Origin: Camelus ferus
Taxonomy: Eukaryota
Direction of reading: 5' to 3'
Length of the DNA stretch: 64,000 nt
Assembly (NCBI RefSeq): GCF_009834535.1
Contig: NC_045696.1
Coordinates: 113,460,001 to 113,524,000 of the forward strand
Positions within the stretch are counted from its first letter, which is position 1; each line of letters begins with the position of its first letter. The position numbers were made by a program, and so were the translations under genes. Below the pieces are notes generated by a model that was given only the letters and a program-made list of their open reading frames with translations, was not told the DNA's origin and searched no databases. Positions 25,520 to 38,654 of this stretch are shown piece after piece.

Positions 25520-26253
25520 NNNNNNNNNNNNNNNNNNNCCAAGGTCAGCCTCCCACACAACCTAGCATCCAATCAGGAAGCAATTCTCTTTAGATATCAG
25601 ACTAAGGCTGCTCACTTAAAACAACTCAAGTATTTACTAAGCATCTCCCAAAGGCTGGGACCAAGTGTAATAAGGTAGACTGTAACATATGTAAATATCA
25701 TAAGGTTGATTCGCTTCCTGGAGGGAGTATGACAAGGCATACTGTCTACAAAATAACACACAAACGTCCTTAGATTTCAAACCATTCTGACTACCTCCTC
25801 TCTAAGGCATGAATGCTAGGAATATCTGGCTAACCAAATTTAGTATTCTGGAACGTATTTTTCTACTACAATAGGTCAGCCACCTTTTATTGAAAACTTT
25901 GAAACCCACCATGGTCTCTTCTGCACAGCCTTGTTTTCTTTTAAAAAGACATTTTTAGCTCATGGAGAGTAACAGGCCCTTGTTTGTCAACCTCTACAAC
26001 AAAGCATAGTTCATTTACTAGTTCAGTACAAAGTTACCGCCCTTTAAGAAAAGTACGTTCCACAGGTTCACACTAATCATAAAACACTTTCTTACGTATG
26101 AGCAAAGAGATTCCTAACAAAGACTAAGAGTCTCCGACAGCAACTCTTCACTAAGTTAAAAGAAAAAAAATCACCAGCCCCATTTTAAACACAACAGGGT
26201 TCACCTAGGTACAAATTAACCATCAGAAAAATCGTTCTAATCCTCCCCCACTA

Positions 26254-26505
<252 letters not shown>

Positions 26506-26508
26506 CTA

Positions 26509-26751
<243 letters not shown>

Positions 26752-27382
26752 TCACCTTGGAGATAAACGGGTGTTAAAAACATAATCCATTCAAGCACAA
26801 GACCCCGTCCGTCCATCTTAGTTCCCCACCAACCACGAGAACAGCCCTGCCGATGAAATGGCTCTGCACGAACAGCAAGGCACAGCCGGCTCAACCTGCA
26901 CCTCCGCGCCCACGGGAGGCAGCGCAGGGCGGCCCTCGACACGTTTTTGCGGGACGAACGAGCGCAACGAGCCTTGGGCACCAAGGGGGCGTATGACTGG
27001 GGCAGGCGGCGTCCCAGGGTCCGGCCTGAAAGAGGCCTTGCCAAGACCTCCGGGTTAGCTGCTGCCGCCAAGGACTGTTCTCGAAGAAAAGCATATTCCA
27101 CCCAGCCCGCCGGCCTCGCTCTAGGACGCCCTCCGCCCGGCCTCCCCTCCCTCCCTTTCCTTCACGCTCTGAGCCCAGCTCAAATTCGCGCCGCCATCAC
27201 AGCATCCCCCAGCCCGCTTCAGGGGCCGCCTTTCCACACCCGCGCTGCCCCGCATCCCAATCAAACCCGCGCCGCACAGGAGGCAGGAGGAGCTCCAAGG
27301 ACGCAGGGTCCCCGAGCCTAGATGGCCCACATGAAGAGAGATCCGCGGCGGATGGAGTAGCGAAAATCCCAACACAGCCTAC

Positions 27383-27414
27383 CTGATGGCTGCCGCCAAA
27401 CGAAAAGGAAAGAG
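27383..27414 (-). other. RPL15: RPL15 non-coding exon 1 with 5'-TOP tract
   Basis: CTCTTTCCTTTTCGTTTGGCGGCAGCCATCAG|GTAGGC: polypyrimidine initiator typical of ribosomal protein genes, then a donor. Confidence 0.88.
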
Positions 27415-27559
27415 CCTTTCTCCCACAATCCCTTTTGCGCTCCTCCCCCACTTCAGCGAGCCTGTTTCCGGTAGAGAGCGGTGGCCGCGCACAGCCTCAT
27501 GGGACATGTAGTTCCGGCTGAGAGCCTGGTGGGCGGAGTTCGGCCGGGATTGGGCGCAA

Positions 27560-27649
27560 CCTCGCGGAGGGTCCCGCCCTCTGCTCCTCGGGGTTCGTAC
27601 TGGAGTGGCAGGAGCCAGGCTAAGGGCGACAGTCAGCGGTGAGGTCTCG
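27560..27649 (+). other. NKIRAS1: Candidate NKIRAS1 non-coding first exon
   Basis: Donors GCG|GTGAGG (27639) and TCG|GTGAGT (27650) facing away from RPL15; TSS position not determinable. Confidence 0.55.
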
Positions 27650-28399
27650 GTGAGTGCGCGTCCGGACGGTCCCGCTGCCGAGAGGAGGCAAGTTGGGGGC
27701 GGGGCTCCGGCGGCCGAATCCCGCGGTGGAGCCGCGCAGGCCGCGCGCCGTTCTCCTCGGGGTCTGCGCCGTGTGCAGGACTGTCAGGAAGCGTCCTGCG
27801 GGGCCGCTTCACGCGCTGCGGGCTGGTCACGTGGGGGGCAGCCGCGGGCCCCCTGCTTTACCCCGACGGACGAGGACCTCTGGGGCCCAAACGGGGCGCT
27901 CGTGTCGCGGGGGCTTCGCTGTGGGCGCCGCGTCCCGCCTCCCGGGGCGATTCGGGCCTCAGCTCCCGCAGGCCCAGCTCCGAGGGATTTTGCCCCAAAA
28001 AGGGTTTGGCGGTGGGTAGGGGGGTGATGCGGGCGGCTCGGTGTTTTTGCGGGTCCCTGCGGTCCCTGCCTCTCCTGCATATAGATCTTGTCCTCGACGT
28101 GCTATGTCAGGACCACGGGTTTTTAGAAAAGCGAAATATTTTTGTGCCACGATCTGGTTGGCAGGTGCAAGTGTTAAGGGGAAAAAATGCCGAGAAAATG
28201 CAAGCGTTTTGTGTTGCGTTATTTATTGACGAACAAGTGATTGATTAGCTTTTTTGCGTCTACAGAATATTTTCATTTTTGGTAAATCATATGGCTTAAT
28301 TCTCTTACAAATACCAAGCGTAAGTGTGGCGAAGGATTAAGAGAATCATTTGTCTTCTAAAACGGCGGGTTTGGTTATTTTTTACCCCCATTTCGTATT

Positions 28400-28850
28400 T
28401 TCCTTTTTTTTTTTTTTTTAATTGCAGCTTTACCATTGTAAAAGCCCTTACATGATTCAACAAATGCCTACTATGTGCCAGCTAGGAATGTAGCAGTGGT
28501 TGTGGCAGAAATTCTAGCTTCTGGGGAAAAGGCAATAAACGTAAGATTATTATGTTCTGTGATAAGATGCTAAGGACAAATAAGGGGGGGAAGGGGTAGG
28601 GAGTGTTGAGGTTGGGGTGGAGATTTTGCATGGAATGTTCAGGATGAGTCTTCTTGAGAAGTAACATTTGAGAAAAGCCTTGAAGTGCCCAGACTGGAGC
28701 ACGCCCACGTTAATACAGGAACAGGGAAAGTAGCAGATGGCTTCAAAGAGGTGAAGGTTCTCAGGAGGACTCTGGGTTTTCAAACTTTCTGAGATTGGAA
28801 ACCATTGGAAGATTTTGGGCAGGAGACTGACTTCATGTGGCTTGCATTTT
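28400..28850 (-). mobile_element. LINE-2 fragment
   Basis: ATTCAACAAATGCCTACTATGTGCCAG...AGTAACATTTGAG...GGAAACCATTGGAAGATTTTGGGCAGG. Confidence 0.65.
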
Positions 28851-29029
28851 ATTTTATTAACTTTTTAAAATGGGGGTACTGGGGATTGAACCAAGGACCA
28901 TGCACCCTGCCCCTGAGGAAATTCCTTCCATGTGGCCTGCATTTTAAAAGGATGATTTGAATTGCAGCTTTGAGGCTAAAAGGAGAAAAGGAAAATGTGG
29001 AAGCAGAGACTAGGTAGGAGGTGGTATTC

Positions 29030-29560
29030 CTTTCCTATAGCTACTGTAACAAATTACAGCAAATTTACTGGCTTAAAACAGCACACGTTGCACACGTTTG
29101 TTGCCTTATAGTTCTGTAGGTTAGAAATCTCACTAGGCTAAAATCAAGTTAGTTGGTCTATGTTCCTTTTAGAGGCGTTGGGGAAGAATCCATTTCCTTG
29201 CCTTTTCCAGCTTCTAATTTTTGGGGGGATGTTGAAGGAGATAATTAGGTTTATTTACTTAATTACTTCTTTAATGGAGGTACTAGGGATTGAACCCAGG
29301 ACCTCGAGCATGCTAAGCACACACTCTACCACCCTGCCTCCTCCCTCTTCCAGCTTCATTCCGTGGCTGCTGACCCCTTTATCTTGAAAGCCAGCAGTAT
29401 AGCATCATCAAATCTCTCACTTTCTGACACTCTTGTCTCCCTCTTACACACTTGTGATCACATTGGGTCCAGATAGTCCAGGATAATCTCCCCATCTCAA
29501 GGTTCTTAATCGCAACTGCAAAGTCCTTTTTTACCATGTAAAGTAGAATACTCATAGATT
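29030..29560 (-). mobile_element. MLT1 solo LTR with nested SINE
   Basis: GCTACTGTAACAAATTACAGCAAATTTACTGGCTTAAAAC...ATAATCTCCCCATCTCAAGGTTCTTAATC. Confidence 0.75.
29218..29345 (-). mobile_element. Camelid tRNA-derived SINE
   Basis: GGGATTGAACCCAGGACCTCGAGCATGCTAAGCACACACTCTACC. Confidence 0.88.
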
Positions 29561-29797
29561 TGGGGGATTATGTCATGGACATCTTTGAGAGATCAGTGAG
29601 AGAAGACGGGGCCTTGGACTACTTCATTTCAAAGGTAGAGGGTTTATTGCTGGACCAGATGTGGGGTGTGAGAAACATTGGTCAAGAGCAATTGATTGTA
29701 AAGTGGGAATAATCATTTGGAAAGAAGATTCTGGCAATGTGATTCATCACTGCTAATTTCTTAATTAGGTTTTGCTGTTTTGTTTCTTAATTCATAG

Positions 29798-29912
29798 CCT
29801 GCAGTTTCTCATTTAGCAATTTGGAAGATTTGGATTGGTATTTTTAATTGATTTTGAGATTCCTGAGGTTTTGGTTTTGCCTCCTTCTTTGTCCATAATG
29901 CCTGGCATTAGG
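29798..29912 (+). other. NKIRAS1: Candidate NKIRAS1 internal 5'UTR exon (115 nt)
   Basis: tttgctgttttgtttcttaattcatag|CCTG...ATTAGG|GTAAGA in non-repeat sequence. I recall a similar-sized UTR exon in human NKIRAS1; not verified. Confidence 0.45.
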
Positions 29913-31009
29913 GTAAGACTGTAGTAAATATTTACTGAATGAATAAAAGTGCGGTAGGCTGGAATCTGCTTATTGTATTTTATTATGTGCGGTATTGTTT
30001 GCAAAACTCTTTTAATGTATGTTTATATATATAAAATGTATTCATATATGGGTAAGAGAAAGCATTGCACACAGTACATGATGTTTACATAAACCAATGC
30101 ACAGTGTAGTTTTTCCTCGTGTGATGCTTACGTAATAAGATCTATAATATCTCCTTTTGAAGTTAACAGTGTTTCAGTGTTAATATTTTCCTGTTTGCAT
30201 AAAAAAGTTACGTTCTATTTTAAAACTAGAATGATGTCTGTGAGGGAAGAACAGAAGTACTGGCAACGTAGGGTAGCTGTTTCTGATGGCTCTTCCAAGA
30301 GAATACTGACCCAGCTCAGTGTTCTCTACAGAGTGGATCAGACCATGTTTTTATTCTCTAGCAACTGTATTGATTAGCCTGGAAAGCAAAGCAGTACGTA
30401 TTTAAGACTGCATTGGATTTTGCCTGTTAAGCACGTTCTCTTAGTCATTTACATCAGCCAACGATTAGTAGGTCACAGCTGAATTTTATTTTCCAGCAGT
30501 TTCTTAGGGTAGGGGCTGTACAAGGAGCTGTAACGACTGCTTTTTGTATTAACCTCGTGTTGACGCAGTTTCTGGGTCAGTCATTTCTGCTCTCATAGCG
30601 TGGCAGCGTTAGAAGGAAACTTAAAGGTCATCCATCTGTGCTGGAGCCTTTCAAACTCTTGAACCTCGATTTACCTAAGAGGCTTGGCCACCCACAAGGT
30701 CTATTCCTATGATCCCCTGCCCTTTCAGGGTACTGCAGGTGACCTCTTTCTGCATTTAGAAGGAAATGGTGTGTATTTATTGCGTTTGGAAATTATGAAA
30801 TGTTATGATGCTTATAGAATGAAGCTTTTGGTAGTTTTTATTTGTAAATCTGAGTATATATAAGGGTGAGATGCATATGTGTACTTTATATGTAACGTGA
30901 GCCCCTACCATCATGATCATGTATAGAGAGTTAAGTATTTTGTATCTGTATGTAATGTTACTCATTTAAAATCTTTTAGATATTAACTTTTTAAGGAATT
31001 AATAGTTTT

Positions 31010-31190
31010 TAAAATTACTTTTATTGAGGTATGGTTGATTTACAAGATTATGTAAGTTTCAGGTGTATGACAGTGATTCAAATTTTTAGTTATATTCTAT
31101 TTATAGTTATTGTAAAATATTGGTTATATTCCCTGTGCTGTACAGTGTATCCTTGTAGCTTGTTTATTTTATACATAGTAGTTTGTACCT
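31010..31190 (-). mobile_element. L1 3'-end fragment
   Basis: TTATTGAGGTATGGTTGATTTAC...ATATTCCCTGTGCTGTACAGT. Confidence 0.8.
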
Positions 31191-32717
31191 CAAGAATTCC
31201 TACTTTTACCCAGACCCCTCCTGATCCAATAAAAACCCAAGAACCAAAAAAAAAAAAAGAATTCATACTTTTTAATTGATGTGAAACAGGTTTTATGTAG
31301 CAGATCTTCAGTTTTATGTAATATTGTTGTTTTCCATTTGAAGACACCTAGGAACCTAGAATGCTTCAGGTGTGCTTTGATTAATCACACTTACCCTTTC
31401 GTCTCTGTTTGCTTTTTGATGCTATAAAATATTTAACATGTTCTTCCCGGTCGTATTTCTTTCCTTCTCTCTCCTTCCTAAAAAAACCTTAAAATCTTTA
31501 CCTAGGGTTAGAGTTACCTCTTTTCAGTTACTTTTACTGTTTGCCCTTGATGAGATCTTCTCTGAAATCCTGAAATAAATCCCCCAATTTATTTTACACA
31601 CACACAAATACAAAATAATGCATATTTTAAATCAAACTCTCTCTGCTAATCCTAGTATCATGAGTGAAGAAAGTACAATTGTAGTATATCCCTTTTAAAG
31701 CAGGTATATTGAGACCACTTCCAAAGACCCTCAGGAATTTTTGATTTCTGGATTTCTCTGGATTCTGTGGATTTCAGCATTTTTTCAGTTCACCTCAGTC
31801 CCCAGCATTCTTATTTGCTTCCCTTTCACAGAGAGTCTATTGCTGTTAATCATGGGATGTTCTTTCCTTAAAACTGCTGCTTCACTCAACTACAGTATGT
31901 ACCTGCCCTTGTAAAGCACTGGAGTTTTTTTTGAAGATTGATATAATTTGTGGTAAAGGGACTTTTTTTTTTTTTTTTTTTTTATTTAATAGAAAGGGGT
32001 GAGGAAGTAAGGATTGGTATGTAGAAATTCTACTGGGGCTAAGACAATTTCAGAGGAAGGGCAATAATAATAGAAAAACCAGAATTTAGATTCCAGCAGC
32101 AACCTTTTTGAACAACAGAGTTGTTCTGTTGCTGCCATCATTTTTCTTATACTCCAGAAGATTTCTTTCTTACCTTCTTCTCGTGTGGTTAGGTGGCAAC
32201 TGTTATTAAAAACTCTTAGAAAGAAAGATTCAATGGTATAACTTACAGGGGACCACAATATATAGAGAGTGGAATCCTATGATAAAGGAGATAACATTAA
32301 TCAAATTCAGAAGTATGCATGGAAAACCTTGTCGGATGGGCCATCGTTGCCGACGTAGGTGATACCCTACCATAGATGATCAGCGTTACACAAAACTCTG
32401 CCCTTATAAAGACTGAGAATTTTTCTGTTGCACTTACACTGAAAAATAAAAAGGAAATTCCCTAAGAGAAGTGGTTTTCCTGGAAGCAAGTGATAAATAT
32501 TATTGAGAAGATTTATCAGAAGGAGCCCAAGCGTGCCACCCAGGAAATAATAGTTATATCACGTAAGAGACTATTTATCTACTGGTTAAATGTAGTATAC
32601 TGCTCTGGAAATGAGTGCTGTGTTATTACGGCACCACAGTAATGGTATCATTACAATTTTCCTGTCAGGAGATATGTGCTTTGTCTGATTTAGGTCATAA
32701 AAAATTACAGACTTTGA

Positions 32718-34057
32718 CAATTAGTCTATGACAAAGGAGGCAAGAATATACAATGGANNNNNNNNNNNNNNNNNNNNNNNNNNNNNNNNNNNNNNNNNNN
32801 NNNNNNNNNNNNNNNNNNNNNNNNNNNNNNNNNNNNNNNNNNNNNNNNNNNNNNNNNNNNNNNNNNNNNNNNNNNNNNNNNNNNNNNNNNNNNNNNNNNN
32901 NNNNTCCTAGAAGACATAGGCAGAACACTCTGGCATAAATCTTAGCAGCATTTAAAAAAATCTGCCTCATAAGGCAAAGGAAACAAAAAGTAAACAAATG
33001 GAAGCTAATTAAAAGCTTTGCACAGCAGAGGAAAGCATCAATGAAATGAAAAGACAACCTACTGAATCAGAGAATGTATTTGCAAATGCTATGACTGATA
33101 AGGGGTTAATATTCAAAATGTAACTCATACAACTCAATATAAAAAAAATTAAAAAGTGGGCAGAAGACTTGAATAGACATTTTCAAAGAAGCCATACTGA
33201 TGGCTAACAGGCACATGAAAAAGATGCTCAACATCATTAATCATCAGAGAAATGCCAATCAAAGCCACAGAGAGATACCATGTCACACCTGTCAGAATGG
33301 CTGTCATCGGAGACTACAAATAACAAATGTTGGTGATGATGCGGAGAAAGGAATACTTGTACACTGTCGGGGGGGATTGCAGCCACTGTGGAAAACAGTG
33401 TGGAGGTTCCTCAAAAAACTAAAAATAGAACTTCCATATGACCCAGCAATTCCACTCCTGGGTGTATATTTGAAGAAAACAAAAACACTAACTGGAAAAG
33501 ATACATGCATCCCAGCCTNNNNNNNNNNNNNNNNNNNNNNNNNNNNNNNNNNNNNNNNNNNNNNNNNNNNNNNNNNNNNNNNNNNNNNNNNNNNNNNNNN
33601 NNNNNNNNNNNNNNNNNNNNNNNNNNNNNNNNNNNNNNNNNNNNNNNNNNNNNNTTACTCAGACATAAAGATGCAACAACATGGATGGACCCGGAGGGTA
33701 ATAGGCTTACTGAAATAAGTCAGAGAAAGACATATACTATATGTTATCACTCATATGTGGAATCTAAAAAAAACCCCAAATGAATGAACATAACAAAAAA
33801 GAAACAGACTCACACATACTGAGAACAAACTAATTACCAGGGGGGAGAAGAAAGGGGGAGGGACAAGATATGTGTAGGGGATTAAGATGTGCAAACTACT
33901 ATGTATAAAGTAAATAAGCTACAAGGGTATATTGTACAGCACAAGGAATATAGCCAATATTTTACAATAACTATAAATGGAGTATAATTAAAAATTGTGA
34001 ATCACTATGTTGTACACCTGAAACTCATTGTAAATCAACTCTACCTTAATAAAAAAG
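32718..34057 (+). mobile_element. 5'-truncated L1 (L1MA-like) with 13-bp TSD
   Basis: ORF2 remnants ([24 protein letters not shown]), 3'UTR and A tail; TTACAGACTTTGA at 32705-32717 and 34058-34070. Confidence 0.92.
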
Positions 34058-35152
34058 TTACAGACTTTGAGAAAACAAAGTAGAGAAGACTTAAAGGAAG
34101 TTCATTTGTTGCTTAATATTTTAGCTGTTGGTTAAAAAAAAAACAGTAATGTGCAACATACACGCATACAGAAAGATGCCCACCACCGCTTTTATTTGAA
34201 TGCTTATTTGAACTTTCTTGTTGTTTTCTGACTTTAAGGAGCTGTGGCCTCCCTTTCAGTCAGTTATTGCAAGTTCCACACTGCCAGGTAAGAGAATTGG
34301 AAATAAGGAGGTGGTGGGAGATGGCAGAGGCAATGTGGAAATTTAAATTCTCTTACCAGATTATTCTGCTACATTTAATGAGCCTTTTTTCCCTCTCTGT
34401 CTTGGCTTCTGGTATCTTGCCTTCCAGAAAATAAAAGTTTTGAGGAAAACTGAAGAAAATGTTACCCAATCTTGCTCTTCCTTGGATGTGTTAGGAAGCT
34501 GGGAGAAATAAGTTTTCCTTTTCTTTTAGTTTAAAGTGCCTGATCAGTTTTTCTGGCTTGAAGAACTATGACTCAAAGAGAAGTCTGACTAAAAGAGACC
34601 AAAATTCAATTTCTCACTCTCCTGAGAAAAGACTGACAGAAGCATTGATAGTGTTAATGCTTCTTTAAAAAATTACGTCCATTTTCTATCCAGATTTTTA
34701 TCTTCATGCCTCCTTATATTTTTACATCTTGCTTATTTTTCTAGGTAAATACAGATGAGCAGGCAGTCTTTCAAGGATTATTTTCATCTAGGATTCAGTT
34801 TGGATTTCTGTAGACTTAATTAGTATTGAAATATTCTTTGTGTAAAATATGTTTATTCTTTTTGAAAACAAACATATTCTTATCTATAACGTCGTCTTGT
34901 TTTCCTAGCTTACTTCTGCAGAGATAGATAGGAGACCAGTAACACTGATTGCTCTAAGGAAACCAGTGGGAGAGCAGGAATGGGGTTTGGAAGGCTATAC
35001 CTTATTTTGTGTATCTTTTTTATATTTGAAATTTCCCCCTTTGTACGTGTTACTTATTAAATTTAAACATAGAAAGAAAAAGAGAAGGTTGATTTTTAAC
35101 TACACAATTTTAAAGGTCTTCTATTCTCTTTACAGTGACATCCTAAGAGAAA

Positions 35153-35246
35153 ATGGGAAAAGGCTGTAAGGTTGTGGTTTGTGGCTTGCTCTCTGTGGGA
35201 AAAACGGCAATTTTGGAGCAGCTTCTTTATGGGAATCACACTATTG
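35153..35246 (+). CDS. NKIRAS1: NKIRAS1 (kappaB-Ras1) first coding exon (exon starts 35136)
   Basis: tacag|TGACATCCTAAGAGAAA-ATG; [31 protein letters not shown](G)|GTAAG. Not in the ORF track; read by hand. Confidence 0.96.
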
Positions 35247-35424
35247 GTAAGATTATTTTTCCTTAATTTCTCTGTAGGTTCTGGAAACTGCTAGGGGTCT
35301 TGTGTTGGTCATACTAACCTAAGATGGAAGGTGGCACACAAGTGATGTGTGCTCCAGAGGGACCAGAATGGTCATAGAAGTCAACAGAGATTGAGGGGGA
35401 AAATTTGGGGCAAGGAAAAAACAC

Positions 35425-35575
35425 CTTTTTTTTTTTCTAATTAAAAAAAAATTTTGGTGGGGGTAGTGGTTATTAGGTGTATTTACTTATTTATTTTTAG
35501 AAGAGGTACTGGGGATCGAACCCAGGACGTCCTGCATCCTTAGTCTTCCGCTGGTGTGGTGGAGCAGTAGGGGCC
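35425..35575 (-). mobile_element. Camelid SINE with intact 3' half and aberrant 5' half
   Basis: Tail and B box (GGTTCGATCC) normal; see findings. Confidence 0.75.
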
Positions 35576-35894
35576 GGCAGTATGGAGTAGGAGAGGAGGT
35601 CGGGCGAGCTGGTGAGGAGTCGGAACTTCGCCTGATTTATAGCGGAACAGAATTTCTTAAGTGGGGGAGGAAGGGAACCAGACTGGCTTTTAGTGGATAA
35701 AACATCCACCACAACAAAAGTTTTTATGGTTTTTGCCTTTAAATTTTTTTTATAATCAAAGCTCAGTAAGTTTGTGTCTTCATAGAAGAACCTTTAATTT
35801 CCTTAAGATATTACTTTATCACGGGATGATATACTCAAACCTGTAAATAATTTTCCCCTACTAAACATCAAACATTTCTTTAAACAAAAAAGTT

Positions 35895-36023
35895 TTATTT
35901 ATTTATTTTGGGTGTAGGTAGTTAGGTTTACTTATTTATTTTTAGAGGAGGTACTGGGGATTGAACCCAGGACCTTGTGTGTGCTAAGCATGTGCTCTAC
36001 CGCTTGAGCTATACCCTTCCCCC
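35895..36023 (-). mobile_element. Camelid tRNA-derived SINE
   Basis: GGGGATTGAACCCAGGACCTTGTGTGTGCTAAGCATGTGCTCTACCGCTTGAGCTATACC. Confidence 0.92.
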
Positions 36024-37714
36024 AAACATTTCTTAATGTAAAGAATTATGCTGATGAAAGTAAATTTTTGGTTTCTCATGAGCCAGCCTGTTTATCCTTA
36101 CATGATTATTCCTTTTAATCTAATGCTTTTGGGAGATTTTATTTATATTTCATGTATGGCACATGTCACAAATCATGCTACAATATTTAGGTTTAGGAAA
36201 ACTACAGCCAGTTTTTCACAACCTGTAATATAGAGTGTTTTAGTGGTACAGAATATTGTCCAGATGGTTTTACCTCTGGATAGCTCGTAGTTAAAAGTGG
36301 GGCCATACCATACCTATCTTCTCTCTCCCTAATCAGTACAGTTCAGGTTGTTAATCTTCTCACCTTAATCCCCTTGGCAACAAATGGTTATTGAATACTT
36401 GCTGTGCACACAGAAAGGTTTGTCTCTCAGGGAAGTCACAGACTAGTTGAAGAGACAAAACCTGCACAAATAGGGCAAAGTAAAATGCATTTTAAAAGGC
36501 TCATCAGTCAGGCGAGCAGGGGATGGAATTGGGACATCAGTTATGAGCTCACTCATTTATTCATTCATTCAGACATTTACTAAGGACTTTCCACGTATGT
36601 AGGTCAATTTGTTAGTCCTCAGAGCTATGAAGATAGATTAGCCACAGTCCTGACTCTGCAGTGTGTTTGCACTCTAGCTTCGGAGGGGACAGATAGGAGG
36701 AAATTTAAGTATAAAATGGCAGTCCCCGTACAAGGCACAGTAAGAGCAGAACGGAGGAGAGTGGATAGTCAGGAGAGGATCCACGGGGTTGATATTTCAG
36801 CAGAGTCTGGAAAGGATAGGAGGCTTTTACCAGGTGTTTCCTGAGCTACTGCAGGAGTTCTGGTGAAGGTATCCTTACTGGCTTGTGTGGTTCAGGTGAC
36901 GTAGTTCAGTGGAGGTACTGTTAAGGGCTTGTGCCAGTGGGAATGGAAGGAGGCAGTGGATGGAGCAGACGTCCCAGCAGCAGAGTCGCTGATACACGAT
37001 AACTCTCACCCATACTTTCCTTGTTCAGAGAGAACGCTGAAGACTGACCAGGTGGAGGTGATCAAGGGACAGAAGCAAGGGGGAGGAACAGGTGACAAGT
37101 GTGGGGAGGAACTTGTTAGTTTGAAGTACTCAAAGGACATTCGTACAAAGGTGCACAGTAGGTACTTGGGAATTAAGGTCTAGTGCCTAGACCCAGCCTG
37201 CACATGTGAATTTTTGAGTTCTTTAAACAGACCCTAGAAATAGTGGAAGTTTTACAGAGAAAAATCAAATTTACCCAGGTCCTGTCCTTGGCTCTGACGA
37301 AGAAGAAAAGCAGCCTTTGATTCTCTTATTTAGATATTAAGTTCTTTGACTCTTGAAAGTCCCTTTTAAAAAATAGGTAATAGTAAATCTCATTGCCAAA
37401 TTTTTATGACTTTTATTTCTACACAGAAGAAATATTTTTTAAAAAGCACTTTGTTCATTTACTGTAACAACTACCTTTCATTTTAAAGAAATTAGTAAGT
37501 GGAAATATGATTCTTGTATGTAGTAAATATGGAACCTAGAAAACCAATTTCTAAAGGCCGAGAAAATACGCAACAGTTGGTACTGAGTTATCCAAAAAGA
37601 GTAATTGCTTTGTTAAAAACTGAAGTATAATTGATATAACCTTGTATTAGTTTCAGATGAATAACGTAGTGATTGTTATTTGTATATATAAAAGTAGTTT
37701 CTTTTTAATCCCAG

Positions 37715-37956
37715 GAATGGAAGACTGTGAAACAATGGAGGATGTGTATATGGCTTCAGTGGAAACGGATCGGGGGGTAAAGGAACAGTTACATCTCTAT
37801 GACACCAGAGGCCTACAGGAAGGCGTGGAGCTGCCGAAGCATTATTTTTCATTTGCCGATGGCTTTGTTCTTGTGTACAGTGTGAATAACCTTGAATCCT
37901 TTCAAAGAGTGGAGCTTCTGAAGAAAGAAATTGATAAGTTCAAAGACAAAAAAGAG
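37715..37956 (+). CDS. NKIRAS1: NKIRAS1 coding exon 2 (242 nt)
   Basis: cccag|GAATGGAA...AAAGAG|GTAAGT; [11 protein letters not shown]...DTRGL...KFKDKKE. DTRGL in place of DTAGQ is the known atypical G3 box of kappaB-Ras. Confidence 0.97.
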
Positions 37957-38654
37957 GTAAGTGGGTATGTTAACAATGTCAACTATGAATTACAGCACTG
38001 TTTAAATTGTAGCATGAACTTTTGGGTAATTGAAATATTACAGAAGCATTAAGTTGTATTCACAGTATCTGTAATCGTCATATTTTTCTTAGCCCTGGAA
38101 ATACAGGGCTGACTGAGTTCAACCAGGACCAGCATTTGACTTCTACCTTTACTTGTCACCATGTACAAGTTGGATTTTAATGACTCCATATCTTAAATAC
38201 TACATAGTTCATTTCGTATTATTTGGGATCACCATTTCCTAGGGCTTTTTATTGTATCCCTGGATAAATAGGATTATCTTCAGCCTTTAAAAAAGGTGGG
38301 AGGAAAGAAATGGGAAAAAAAAAAACCTAATAAATCATTACTGGATTCTATCCATTTACCATTTGAAAATAAGGTTCTTTGTATGGTCTGTAAGGCCTTA
38401 GATGATCTGGCCTGGGTCTGTTCTTTTCATCTTTGGCATTCTGTTCCTGTCACTGTGCTCCAGCGACGCTGGTCTCCTTTCTGTTTTTCCAGCATAAGCA
38501 TTTTGTTCCCCTTCTCCGTTGCTGGCTCCCCTGCCTGGACCTCTTACCGCAGATCTCTCTCCAGGTCTTCTCGTGGCTGAGTCCTCATTGTCCAGGGCAC
38601 TACATGATGAGCTGGTTAGCAGCACCGGCCAGATGTTCTTAACCTAATTTGTAT

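Noticed and set aside
37657-38052. 131-aa ORF as a stand-alone or alternative NKIRAS1 protein
   Set aside because: Exon plus in-frame intron read-through on both sides; canonical splice sites bound the true exon.
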